Part shown: positions 41,563 through 54,205 of the stretch, one piece after another | How the letters are laid out: every line of letters starts with the position of its first letter | How positions within the stretch are numbered: position 1 is the first letter of the stretch | NCBI RefSeq assembly: GCF_009914755.1 | Contig: NC_060930.1 | Reading direction: 5' to 3' (one strand) | Length of the DNA: 64,000 bases | DNA from: the human T2T-CHM13v2.0 reference genome, Homo sapiens | The notes under the pieces: generated by a model | Told to the model about the DNA's origin: nothing | The model's database searches: none | Seen by the model: only the letters and a program-made list of their open reading frames with translations | Position numbers and translations under genes: made by a program

Positions 41563-42966
41563 AAAAATAGCATGGCATGGTATAAAAATAGATACATAGA
41601 CCAACGGAACAGAATGGAGAGCCCAGAAATAAAGCCACATGCCTACAACCAACTGATTTTTGACAATGTCAACAAAAATATACACTAGGGAAAGGATACT
41701 CTAGTCAATAAATGGTGCTGGGAAAATTGGAAAGCCATATGCAGAAGAATGAAATTGGACCCCTCTCTCTCTCAACATACACAAAAATTAACTCTAGGTG
41801 GATTAATTAAAGACTTAAATGTAAGGCCCAAAACTATAAAAATACCAGAAGAAAACCTATGAGAAATTTTTTCAGTCATTAGTCTAGGCAAAGAATTTAT
41901 GTCCAAGTCCTCAAAAAAAAGTAACAAAACCAAAAATAAACAAGTGGAACTTAATTATACTAAAAAGCTTCTGCAGAGCCAAAGAAATAAGTGAAACACA
42001 ACCTACAGAATGGGAGAAAATATTTGCAAACAATGCATCTGACCGAAGGTTAATATCCAGAATCTACAGGGAACTCAAACAACTCAACAACCCACCCCTA
42101 CACAAATAACCCCATTAAAAAGTGGACAGAGGACATGAACAAAAATTTTTCAAAAGAAGACATACAAGCAACCAACAAACAGATGAAAAATGTTCAACAT
42201 CACTGATCATCAGAGAAATGTGAATTAAAACCGCAATGAGGTACCATCTCATACCAGTCAGAATAACTATTATTAAAAATTCAAAAAACAACAGATGTTG
42301 GTGAGGGTGCAGAGAAAAGGGAACACTTATACACTGTTGGTAGGAATGTAAACTAGTGTAACCTCTATGGAAAGCAGTATGGACATTTTTTAAAGATACA
42401 AAAATAGAACTGCCTTTTGACCCAGCAATCTCTTTACTGGGTATTTCAAAGGAAAATACATAATTATATCAAAAAGATACCTGCACTCATATGTTTATTG
42501 CAGCACTATTCACAATAGTAAAGTTGTGAAGTCAACCTAAGTGCCCATCAGTGGATGACTGGATAAAACAATCCAATTATCCATTTACAATTGGATGTAA
42601 TATACATGTACCATGGAATACCACTCAGCCACAAAAAAGAATGAAATCATGTCCTTTGCAGAAACATGGGTGGAACTGGAAGCCATTATCCTTAGTGAAA
42701 TGACTCAGAAAGGAAGTAGAAAACCATGTGTTCTTACTTTTAGGTGGGAGCTAAACATTGGGTACACAGAGACATATGAGTGGAAAAATAGACATCAGAG
42801 ACTCCAAAAGCTGGAAGGGATGGGTGCAGGATGAAATACGACCTATTGGGTACAGTGTACACTGTCTGGGTGATGGGTACACTAAAAGCCCAGACATCGC
42901 CCCTATGAAATACATCGAAATAACACAACTGCACTTGTGTCTCTAAATCTATAAAAGTAAAAAATA
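41563..42966 (+). mobile_element. L1MA (L1MA2-like) non-inverted 3' segment to tail
   Basis: aatagcatgg...caataaatggtgctgggaaaa...gggtgatgggtacactaaaagcccagac...aaatctataaaa. Confidence 0.92.
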
Positions 42967-43404
42967 ATTTAAAACTAGTTAGGTCTATTCTATTCCACAT
43001 TTGGCACATGCCAATAATTTTATACCTGAAACTGCTCACTCCAAAAGTTATTTATAACAACGTGGCATCTTAAAAAATGCAGTTTTTAGTTTCATATATC
43101 AAATTTTCACAGAGGACTATATTCTGGAGTAGATCACACAAGGGTGAATGTTAGTTTTTTGTTTTACAATTCCTGCAAGTCCATTAGAAGTGAGAGGCAA
43201 AGAAACCAGGGAGAAAATGTGCTGAATAGAGGCTGAACTTAACAGTTATTATCTTGAGTGTTTCCCAATGTAAACTTGGGTTATAGTTTTGTATTCAGCC
43301 ACTCATTTATTCATCCAGCATTTATTTATGGATGCCAAGTACAGGTCTTAGTGCTGTACCCAGAGTTAGTAAAAATGTGAAGTTAGGAGCACAGTCTCTA
43401 GATG

Positions 43405-44071
43405 GCCAAGTGAACCCAAGACTTCTCACCCAACTGCAAGGAGTTAGGGTCCAACTGCATGAGTTAGATGGAAGAGCGCACAGAAGGCCATCCTCACTCC
43501 TGACACCAACTGCAAGCTTGGGGTTTTCCTGCAAATACTCACGGTTTTGATAAGCACTAGAATGACTCAGAACTCACGGGAACCTATTATACCCATGGTT
43601 GTATTTGTTACAGAAAACATATACATTAAAATCAACCAAGGATAGAGATTTATAGGACAGAGTCTGGGAAGATTCCAATAGTGAAGAAAGTCTCCGTTGT
43701 TCTCAAGACTTGTGACCCTCCCAGATCAATGTGTGATGATATGCATGGAGTATTGCCTACTGGGAAGGTCACCCAATCTTTGGTCTCCAGAGTCTTTAAT
43801 GTGCTTCATTATGTAGGTATGATTGATTGATTAATTTTCCACATGATTGAATTCTTGGAGGTGAAGCAGATATCATGTGCCTGAGAGGCTCACCTCTCAG
43901 GTAACAAGAGTCACCTTGTTAGCTTGAGCTATTAGATGTGATCCACAGGGCCTATCATGAATACTAAAAACACTACCATCACTTGAGAAATCAGAAGGGT
44001 TCAGAGATTACTCTCAAGGAGCTGGGGCTTAAGGCCAGACCTCTCTTTGGGCCAAATCCCTTTGCTACACA
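43405..44071 (-). mobile_element. MER21 (B/C) LTR
   Basis: ctgacaccaactgcaag...ctagaatgactcagaactcac...ggagtattgcc...aggccagacctctctttggg...ctacaca. Confidence 0.75.
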
Positions 44072-45261
44072 GATGGGGAAACAGCTGTAAACAAATTGAA
44101 GTTCTGGCCTACGTGTGGTTCATAATCTAGGATGGAGATGCACAGTGACTAAGTGAAATAGGTGAAAATGGATTGCACACGTGAATACATTAGAGAGTAG
44201 GGGAAAAATAAGGAGAGGAGACAGAGAGTATTGAGGTGGTGAATGGTAACATTTTAGATCTGGTGACAAAGACAGGCTTCAGTGAGAAGAAGGGATTTGG
44301 CAAACATTTGAAGGAGGTGAGGAAGAGAGGCAGGTGGACATCAGGTGTCAGGGAAGGACTTTCCAGGAGACAGAAATGTGCCTACAGTGTTCCAGGAGCA
44401 GCATGGCACAAGGACACGATGGAGAAGGAAAACGAGGCTGGGGAAGCAGCACTGTGCATGAAGAAAGCAGACCTCGTGGGGCCCCATGTGTCACTGTCAT
44501 TTGGTTTTGGTCTCAGAGACGTGAGAAGCCATGAGAGGACATCCTCCAAATGACAGTGGATCATAAGCCCCTAAGAACTCTGCTGGAAACAGACCTAGAG
44601 GGAGCCTGGATAGTCACAGGACCCTTGGGGACCCTGCAGTCTGCAGCAAGGAATGCTGAGGGCTTGGACTAAAGAGGAGGACTTAGAGGGGGTGAGAATC
44701 GGCTAGATTCCAAATGTATTTCTGAAAGTAAACCTGGGAGGATTTTTTGATGGATAAGATGTGGGACCCAAGACAAAGAGAGGAGTCAGATGTAATATTT
44801 TCAGCCTGAGAACTGAAAGAAAAGAACGACCATTTGTAGGGATGCTGAGGACTGTCGGAGAAGGAGCTTTAGCGGGGACAGTGAAGAGTTTCATTCAGGA
44901 GTGTTGAGTTTGATGGAGATGGAGGATAGAGGATGGAGGCAGCTGGATTTCAGAAGGTTGGAAGGAGGTTCAGACTGAAGATATCAGCTGAGGAGGCACA
45001 CCAGGTCGATGATATTTAAAGCCACGAGATTGGGAGAGATCACCCAGGGAGTGAGGGTAGATAGAAGAGAGCCCAGGAATGGAGTCCAGGGGCTCCCTCA
45101 TTTTGAGTTTAAGAAAATGAGGAAGAATTAGAAAATATGTTTGAGAAAGAGTAACTGCAATGGGAGGAGAAGATGAAAGAGTTTGGGGTGTTCTAAAATC
45201 CGAGTGAGGAAAATATTTTAAAGAACATGGTGCCCTTGCCAAGGCAGTTTGGGTGGTGTGG

Positions 45262-47558
45262 TGTATTAGTTCATTCTGACACTGCTATTAAAGACATATC
45301 TGAGACTGGGTAATTTATAAAGGAAAGAGGTTTAACTGACTCACAGTTCTGCAGGGCTGGGGAGGCCTCAGGAAACTTACAATCGTGGCAGAAGGGGAAG
45401 CAAACATGTCCTTCTTCACATGGTGGCAGCAAGGAGAAGAGCAGAGCGAAAGGGGGAAAAGCCCCTTATAAAACCATCAGATCTAATGAGAACTCACTCA
45501 CTATCATGAGAACAGCATGGGGAAACTGCCCCCATGATTCAGTTACCTCCCACTCGTTTCCTCCCATGACATGTAAGGATTATGGGAACTATAATTCAAG
45601 ATGAGATTTGGGAGGGGACACAAAGCCAAACCATATCTTTCCACCCCTGGCCCCTCCCAAATCTCATGTCCTCACATTTCAAAACACAATCATGCCCTTC
45701 CAACAGTCCCACAAAATCTTAACTGATTCCAGCATTAACTCAAAAGTCCAAGTCCAAAGTCTCATCTGAGACAAGGCAAGTTCCTTCTGCCTATGAGCCC
45801 GTAAAATCAAAAGCATGTTAGTTACTTCCTAGACACAATAGGGATACAGGCATTGCGTAAACACACCCATTCCAAATGAGAGAAATTGGCCAAAACAAAG
45901 GGTCCACAGGGCCATGCAAGTCCAAAATCGAAAAGGGCAGTCATTCAACCTTAAACTTCTAAAATGATCTCCTTTGACTCCATGTCTCATATCCAGGTCA
46001 CAGTGATGCAAGATGTGGGCTCCCACAGCCTTGGGCAGCTTTACCCCTATGGCTTTGCAGGATACAGCTCCTCTCCTGGCTGCTTTTCACAGGCTGGCAT
46101 TGAGTGTCTGCAGCTTTTCTAGGTGCATGGTGTAAGCTGTCTGTGGATCTACCATTCTGGGGTCTGGAGGACGGTGGACCTCTTCACACAGCTCCACTAG
46201 GCAGTGCCCCAGTGGGGACCCTGTGTGGGAGCTCCAGTCCCACATTTCCCTTCTGCACTGCCCTAACAGATTCTCCATGAGGGTTCTGCCCATGGAACAC
46301 ACCTCTGCCTGGATATACAGGCGTTTCCATACATCCTCTGACATCTAGGCAAAGGTTCCCAAACCTCATTTCTTGTCTTCTGTGCACCCGCAGGACCAAC
46401 ACCATGTGGAAGCTGCCAAGGTTTGGGGGGTTGCACCCTCTGAAGCCACCACCTGAGCTGTACCTTAGCCCCTTTTAGCCATGGCTAGAGTGGCTGGGAT
46501 GCAGGACACCAAGTCCTGAGGCTGCACACAGTAGGGAGGCCCTGAACCCAGCCCATGAAGCCATTCTTCCTTCCTAGGTCTCAGGGCCTGTGATGGGAGG
46601 GCCTGCTGTGAAGGTCTCTGACATGCCCTGGAGATATTTTCCCCATTGTCTTGATGACTAACATTAGGCTCCCTGTTACTAATGAAAATTTCTGCAGCAG
46701 GCTTGGATTTCTCCCCAGAAAATGGGTTTTTCTTCTCCATTGCATCGTTAGGCTGCAAATTTTCTAAACTTTCATGCTCTGCTTTCTCTTGAACACTTTG
46801 CCGCTTAGAAACTTCTTCTGTCAGATACCCAAAATCATCTCTCTCAAGTTCAAAGTTCCACAGATCTCTAGGGCAGGGGCAAATTGCTGCCAGTCTCTTT
46901 GCTAAAGCATAACAAGAGTCACCTTTGCTCCAGTTCCCAACAAGTTCCTCATCTCTATCTGAGACTACCTCAGCCTGGACTTTATTGTCCATACCACTAT
47001 TCAGCGTTTTGGTCAAAGCCATTCAACAAGTCTCTAGGAAGTTCCAAACTTTCCCACAATTTCCTGTCTTCTTCTGAGCACTCCAAACTGTTCCAACCTC
47101 TGCCTGTTACCCAGTTCCAAAGTTGCTTTCACATTTTCAGGTATCTTTACAGCAACACCACACTCTACTGGTACCAATTTACTGTATTAGTCTGTTCTCA
47201 CACTGCTAGTGAAGACATACCCAAGACTGGGTAATTTATAAAGAAAAGAGGTTTAATTGACTCACAGTTCTGCAGGGCTAGGGAGGCCTCAGGAAACTTA
47301 CAATCATAGCAGAAGGGGAAGCAAACATATCTTTCTTCACATGGTGGCAGCATGGAGAGATGCAGAGTGAAAGGGGGAAAAGCCTCTTATAAAACCATCA
47401 GATCTCACCTGAGAACTCACTCACTATTATGAGAACAGCATGAGGGTAACTGCCCCCATGATTCAGTTACCTTCCACTGGTTCTCTCCTATGACGTGGGG
47501 ATTGTAGGAACTACAATTCAAGTTGAGATTTGGGTGGGGACACAGCCAAACCGTATCA
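45262..47558 (-). mobile_element. Complete THE1 (THE1C-like) MaLR provirus: LTR 47183-47558, internal 45639-47182, LTR 45262-45638
   Basis: Two similar LTRs flank a ~1.54-kb THE1 internal region; perfect TSD tgtgg at 45257-45261 and 47559-47563. Confidence 0.96.
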
Positions 47559-47894
47559 TGTGGCAAGGGCCAAAGTCTGCTTGGAGAGGGAATTTTGGAA
47601 AAGATAAATTGAAGATAGGAGGTGGGCAGCTCTTTTAGGTAGTCTGACCATAAACAGAAGAGAAAGTAGTGCAAGCTGGGTATGTGGGCATCAAGAGAGT
47701 TTTTCCAAGATTAAAAAAAATAACAGCATATTGTATACTTTTGAGAAAAATCCAGCAGAAAGGAGTGATGTCCTTGCTTAAGCAAGAAGGGATAAGAGCT
47801 GGTTCTTGGGTGGCAAGGTTGCCCTTTGCTAGCGGTGAGGGAGTGGATCTATAGGAACAGGAGAGGAGGCAGAGTCTGCAGCACAGAAGGCATA

Positions 47895-48140
47895 ACTGCA
47901 GGAAATACATATGGGGTACATTGTGCACCAGGCTATTTATATGCTTTGCATGTATTACTCCTTTTTCATTCTCAACAACTACTCAACAAGGTAGACAATA
48001 TCATTGTCTATACCTGTTTTACAAATGACAAATTAAGCACAGGATGACCTGCAAATGGAGTAAGACTCCCCATCTAGCAGAAGCAAGATTTACATAGGCA
48101 GTTTAGCTGAAGTCTGGGCCCTAAGCCACGGTAGCATGGT
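47895..48140 (-). mobile_element. MIR nested in L2
   Basis: tgtgcaccaggc...tgctttgcatgtatt...tctcaacaact...ctgttttacaaatgacaaattaagcacag. Confidence 0.6.
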
Positions 48141-48198
48141 GCCTGTGAAGGAGGCCGGGGTGCTGTGAGAGTGAGAGTGGGGCCACTTGGAGGGCCTC

Positions 48199-48478
48199 CT
48201 CTACCGAGTTCTATTTTTCACTGAAATAAGAATTAAGGTTGTTGAATAAGAGAGCTAATGGTAGAGGAGGGGAATGAGGCTTGAGGAGAGAGAGGAAGCT
48301 ATGAGATACTAATCTGGAAGAGTGGGAGGTGGAATAGACTCTAGTAACTTCTATTTTTCACTGAAATAAGAATTAAGGTTATTGAATAAGAGAGATAATG
48401 CAAGAGCAGGTGAATGAAGTTTGAGGAGAGAGAGGAAGCTATGAGATATTAATCTGAAAGAGTTAGAGGTGGAATGGA
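48199..48478 (+). repeat. 140-bp tandem duplication (2 copies) within L2
   Basis: ttctatttttcactgaaataagaattaaggtt at 48209 and 48349; similarity continues to gaggtggaat. Confidence 0.93.
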
Positions 48479-49888
48479 TAGGATCATATAATATTATCAT
48501 CAGTCATTACTAAGGGCCCATGAGGTTCCTGATGTATTTTTTTTTAATCCATGCTCAACTGCAGATGTGCAGGTGCAGTGTAGGTGTCCAGTTGGGCTTG
48601 GCCATGGTTTTGATTTAGTCTAGAAATAAAGGAAATTGAGGAACTGATTCAAGGGAGTGATTATAACAATTGCCTATGAAATTAAAGCTGTGTAAGAAAA
48701 AAAGTAAGGACACTAGTGGAGTGAAAGGTAGAACAAAGATAGGCCTGAAAGTCCTTGTTAGTAAAAACTAACAGACCGGCCAGTGTGCCCTCCAGTGTAG
48801 AGATTGATTTGGAAAACTTGGAGGTAGGGAGGGGAGGGTAGAATCCTTGAAATTTAGATTGTAGAGGGGCTGCTCTTACTGTCATGAAAATATCTGGGGT
48901 TTGTCAATTGGAATGAATTGGCTGAAGTGTAGTAAAGATCATTGGAGAAGGGGTCAAAAAACAAGGAGACTGGGCTATAGGAAGGACTGTCTAGGTGGAT
49001 ACAAATGTCACTGGAAATCATAGTGGGAACAGTGCTGGAGGGTGTGTATGAGTCAGGAGCTAACTCTTCAAGGAAGGAGGAGTGTCCCTGGGTGTGATAG
49101 GTGATGGCCCCAGAGAGAAGTGATGAGCAGTGTTGTCTGATGGCTCAAGACCCAAAGGCTGAAACATGGGGCTCAGCTGTCACCTTTTGGTCTACTTGCT
49201 ATAGCTCCTCTGTAGCATTTATCTGGTAAAGCACAACTTGGCTGGGAAAGGAACAACTATTTAGCTGGGTTTGTGGACCTCTTGGGACATTACAGTTTGT
49301 CAGGACTCTACTAAATACAATTTAACCCTGTTTTACAAATTGATCAGAAATGGAGCCATATCTGATTGATCTTCCTAATTCTACCACTGCTTTTGTCACC
49401 AGACCCAGAGAGAGCGCTTCTTTTTCAAAATTCTTTTATGACGTTGTTCTAGAATACTTTCTAGGAATGCAGATTCCAAACTTGGCTTGCCAGATCCTTG
49501 AGGAATTATGAAAAAATTACTGGAAGAATTTTTCAAGTCATTATCAATTTTCAAATACCTTGATGGAAATTATACATTTACCCCAAATAACATCACATAA
49601 GCTAATTAAAAGTCTCTTTTGCCTTAACTCTTAGGATTATACCAATTCAAAGGGGTTTTCTTATGTCTGAATAAATGATTCCCATATGAAAACACAACTA
49701 CTTGGGGAATTTGAGGCATGTTTCATTACCTCATTAATCCAGTCACCGGCCATCCATGCAAAAGTAGTCCTTGAAGGAAACTATGATTACAGACAGATAA
49801 CAAACTATGAAAAATTAGCAGAAGTTAATTCTCTAATATTAATCATAGGAATAAATTAAATTGAGAATTTGAACTCATTTAATCAAGG

Positions 49889-50517
49889 TGTCATAGGCAT
49901 TTGAACCAGAGTAACTCCATCTTGAATAGGAGCTGGGTAAAATAAGACTGAGACCTACTGGGCTGCACTTCCAGGAGGTTAGGCATTCTTAGTCACAGGT
50001 TGAGATAGGAGGATGGCACAGGGTACAGTTCACAAAGACCTTGCCGATAGAACAGGATGCAGTTAAGAAGCCAGCCAAAAGCTGCCAAAACCAAGATGAC
50101 AATGAAAGTGAGCTCTGGTTATTCTCATTGCTCATTATATGCTAATTGTAATGTATTAGCATGCTAAAAGACACGCCCACCAGCGCCATGACAGTTTACA
50201 AATGTCATGGCAACATCAGGAAGTTACTCTATATGGTCTAAAAGGAAGAGGAACCCTCAGTTTCAGGAATTGCCCACCCCTTTCCCAGAAAACTCATGAA
50301 TAATCCACCCCTTGTTTGCATATAACCAGGAAATAACTGTAAGTATACTCAGTTGAGCAGCCCATGCAGCTTCTTGGCATATGGAGTAGCCATACTTTTA
50401 TTCCTTTACTTTCTTGATAAAGTTGCTTCCACTTTATGGAATTGTCCTAAATTCTTTCTTGTGTGAGGTCCAAGAACCCTCTCTTGGGGTCTGGATGGGG
50501 ACCCTTTTCCAGTAACA
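49889..50517 (+). mobile_element. MER41B (ERV1) solo LTR
   Basis: tgtcataggcatttgaaccagagtaactccatcttgaatagg...ccaagaaccctctcttggggtctgga...gtaaca; 4-bp TSD aagg. Confidence 0.92.
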
Positions 50518-50894
50518 AAGGGATAGCAAATAGGTTTTATTTTGCATGAGAGCTTATTGATAGGCTCTGTCGACATCTGTGTTGAGAAAGCTTCTGGATT
50601 CAAGTCTGATCTCAACAGGATGGTTCTACGATGGATTGGCTGTGTGTGTCAAGGGCAGAGCATACCTAAACTAATCTAAGGCTTCATTTATTTATTCATC
50701 TGAGTAATTTAAAGGACTTGGTGATATAAATAGGAAGTTGATGAGAAAAGTTTGTCCAGAGACATTAAGAAAATTGCCAAAGGCACGCCATAAGTAAGTG
50801 GTAGAGGAAGGACATCAGATCTGTTCAGGACTTCATGAGAATCACAGAATCACGTTCTCAAAGCCATGTCCTAGGGCAGTCAGTGAGCAGAGAA

Positions 50895-51068
50895 AGCTTC
50901 AGTAGAAATAACATTACATGAAAATCAGAAAATCCTGGACTTCATTTCATGTTTTGCCACTATCTGAGATGTGTGACTACTCAGGATTAATCTCATAAAG
51001 CTTAAGTTTTCAGATGGTAAAATGAGACATTCGTTCTAGATCACGTCTATGACAGTTCCAGCTCTGAA
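50895..51068 (+). mobile_element. MIR/MIR3
   Basis: tttgccactatctgagatgtgtgact...ttttcagatggtaaaatgag...ttccagctctgaaa. Confidence 0.5.
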
Positions 51069-51344
51069 AAGTCAAAACGAACAACAAAGAAAACCAACCA
51101 AAGCAAAACAAACATGCAAACAAAGAAACATGAAGCTCTCCAAAACAGTCTTATCTGGCTTTTGTCTCTCATTCTTCATTGTTTACATCATATGGCAAAG
51201 ATAATTTTTTTCTCATGCCTTTTTTGTCTCTAGACTAATTTGATTGCTTCTTCATTATTCTGCCTCACCTTCCTTTTCTTCAGAGTTAACAATGATTATG
51301 GAGAGGTTCACAAGTTAAGAGCAAAGGGAACTTCTCTGAGACTA

Positions 51345-51545
51345 CATGGTACTTTTATAGCTCATTTACTCCTCTCAGCAAAATAGATATTATAAATACT
51401 ATTATGACCATTGTACACTGGAAGTTACAGAGGCTCAGCGATGTCAAATGACTTTCTGACAAAATGCTGGAAAATGACCGAGCATAGAATAAGTTTAAAC
51501 TCTCATCTGTGATTCCAAACAAATGCTCTTTTATCACATTGTCCT
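51345..51545 (-). mobile_element. MIR
   Basis: ctcatttactcctctcagcaa...cagaggctcagcgatgtcaaatgacttt. Confidence 0.55.
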
Positions 51546-53826
51546 GCTCTTCTCACCAAAACATAATGAGCTGTTAGCCTGTAAGACCTGAGTTCTAGAC
51601 TTGGCATGGTTAATTTAGGAAGCTGTTTTATTTCCTCCTTAAACTCCAGCTAGGCCTTGTTTTAGGAAGCTAAGTGTTTTCCCATGACTGCATCGTATTT
51701 TGCATAATAAAATCCAAGAATTTGGAACACCAATCACTAGATGCATACACCTCCTCTTCATAGGAAAATGCCTATTGCTCTAAGTATCACATTTGAGACT
51801 TTTCCAAGAGGTAGGCTGTGAGCTTTTGCAAGTCATTGTAGGAAAAACATTTTTGAGCAAAGACTCCTGAGGAGAGCAGTCATTAGCTCCTGCGCCATGC
51901 AAACATCTTTTGAAGCTCTCCAGCAGGAAGCTTGATAGTGACTCAGTGAGCAAATGCAAATGCAAATGGTATTTGCTACGAAAGTACAGAATTCCTCTAA
52001 GGGAATCTTGGGCTAGCACAAAACAACTTTGAATTTAGGCAATGTATATTATGAAAGAAAAGCTGTTTATCACCCCACACTCTGGTTTGCTACAGCAGGA
52101 AAGAGCTTTTTCCTCCCCATTAAGAAAATAATTGAGGCTAATTTCATTCTTGCATATAAACTATGTGGCTGTTTAGTTCTCTTGTTGAGTTCTTGGACAC
52201 AGGTTGTTCTAGGAGCTTGTGGGGCAGTAAGCAAGTTGTTCTCTGACACTTCTTGGTGGCATTTGAATCAGTGAAAGTCTCTTACAATAGGGTAGCAGAG
52301 CCAAGGAGGAAAATGGTAACAAGCTCTACCCTAAAGTTGCAGCTTCAGGAAGAACTAATTTTGGTTCTTATTTCTGGATTTCATTTTTAAGAGTGGGCTT
52401 CTGATTTAAGAGGTTTAACACACATGCTTGAACATACATGCTTTTTTTTTTGAGAGAAGGTCACCATAACCTCTCAAGCTACCCGGACCTGTTAGAAATG
52501 TAAATTTTGTCTTTTCCCAGACAGTGGAGTTTCTTCAAATTCTGGAAACACCACTGTTCTTTATGCCCTTGGCTTCTAAGAAGATGTGCTGCTCATATAG
52601 CCAAGCAAACATCTAAAGGACACTGTCTAGAGCAGCAACTGAGGCAAATCCTCTTGTAAGGATGTCAAGGAAGCAACAGCTATGTTTGGAAATCTCTTTC
52701 ATTCCTATCTGCAAAGCCCATGCCATCCTCCACACTCTCTTCTACCTGAAAAAAATCTTTGCAGGAGATTTCATAATGAGCCCTGACTACTCAGTTAAAA
52801 ACCCGTAGGAAGAATGGCTGTTGCCTCTATATTCATCTTTTTCTTTTCCCTTGGACATTGCCTATGAAGCATTTTAGTACAGCACCTGGCACAAAGTACA
52901 CAATGTTCACTGCTCTTTTTTCCATTTGGTAAATACATTTTGATCCCATTGTGTTCCAGAGCGTATACTACACATTGGGGAAACAGAGTGAAGCTGTGAG
53001 GTCATCTTGGAGGAGCTCACATCTTTATTTCTTTCTCAGCATTTAGCACAACGTCCAACGTCTCACACCTGGAAGATGCTTAATAATATGGCATAAAAAT
53101 TGAGTTAATTGCCATCTCCCACTTCACTAAGCTCTGTCTACGGAGTCTGCAGATTTTTGTTGCATCTCTTGAGATCCCCTCCCAATGGCTTGAATAACTT
53201 GATTGTAGCTGAAATGGCTCATTCCAGACTTGAACACCACATTCTTTCACCAGCAGAGGCCATAGTCATGCAATCGTGCACGGGGAATAACCTGGGAAGC
53301 AAGAGACCCTCCACCCGGTGTTGGGGCTTCTCAGCATTTCCCATTTGCTCCTGCTTCTGTTTCTTCCATTTTCTGTTCTTTCAGTACAAAACTGGCTTGC
53401 CTGCTCCTGCAGAATGCCGTCCCGGGAAAGCCCTGGCTGAGGCTCTCACCATGCAGTGTGCTCTGCCTTCTCACGTGGAGTCCTGGTGGCTGCCCTTGCC
53501 CGAGTCCCTCTCCTCTCCTCATGAGCCTGTGAACACCTTCACCTCCTCTGCGCATGCTGGGGTCTCCCTGGCCCCAGAGCCCTGCTCAGGTGCCTGTGGG
53601 CACTCTGAATGATGATGCTCTCCCTGAAGCTGACTCCAGCACCACTGCACCCCCGGCTCCCTTTGCTTTTGCTTCTCAACTGTCTCTAAAGTCAGGAGAC
53701 TTGGCTTTCAGGCTTAACAGCAAATTCTAACTTTGCCTTCTGTTTGGCGTGAGGCAAAATGACCAATGCAGAATACGGGGGTGTGGAGCCCATTGTTTCT
53801 GGACAACTGGGTGCCTTTGTTTCTCA

Positions 53827-53880
53827 TGGGTTCACTTCTCTGGTGGGTTCACTTCTCTGGTGGGTTCACTTCTCTGGTGG
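53827..53880 (+). repeat. Perfect 17-bp tandem repeat, ~3.2 copies
   Basis: (tgggttcacttctctgg)x3 plus tgg. Confidence 0.95.
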
Positions 53881-54049
53881 CAGCCTCTTGCTGTGCCGCC
53901 AAGCAGTGAGCTGTCCTGGAGAAGTTCTGCTCTAATTACACCTGATCATGAACTGTCAGGAATTCTGGCCAGCACAACATCCATGCAGCACGCTGGCTGG
54001 GAAAAATCCCTCAGACTTGGGACTTGAAGGGCACAAGTAACCTTCTGGC

Positions 54050-54205
54050 ATTAGCCACTGCAAGTGTGGTCCCCTGACCTACAGCACAGGTGGCACCTTG
54101 GCGCTTATTAGAAATGCAGAATCTGAGGCCTTTTGCCAGACACACTGAGTGAGAGCCTGCGCATTACCCAAAGCCTATGTGTGCTGCCATTGACAAGCAT
54201 TGTGT
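54050..54205. mobile_element. MER5A-type hAT-Charlie MITE
   Basis: caagtgtggtcccctgacc...gcttattagaaatgcagaatctgaggcc. Confidence 0.7.

Larger units (their letters stand above)
43295..49150 (-). mobile_element. Long L2 scaffold with nested MER21, THE1 provirus and MIR
   Basis: 3' end cactcatttattcatccagcatttattt...; continues ggtgagaatcggctagattccaaatgtatttctgaaagtaaac and ttttcagcctgagaactgaaagaa; resumes after 47563. Confidence 0.7.

Noticed and set aside
46465-47022. 185-aa ORF, the longest in the window
   Set aside because: It lies wholly in the THE1 internal region; neighbouring frames are broken, so it is a MaLR remnant rather than a host gene.
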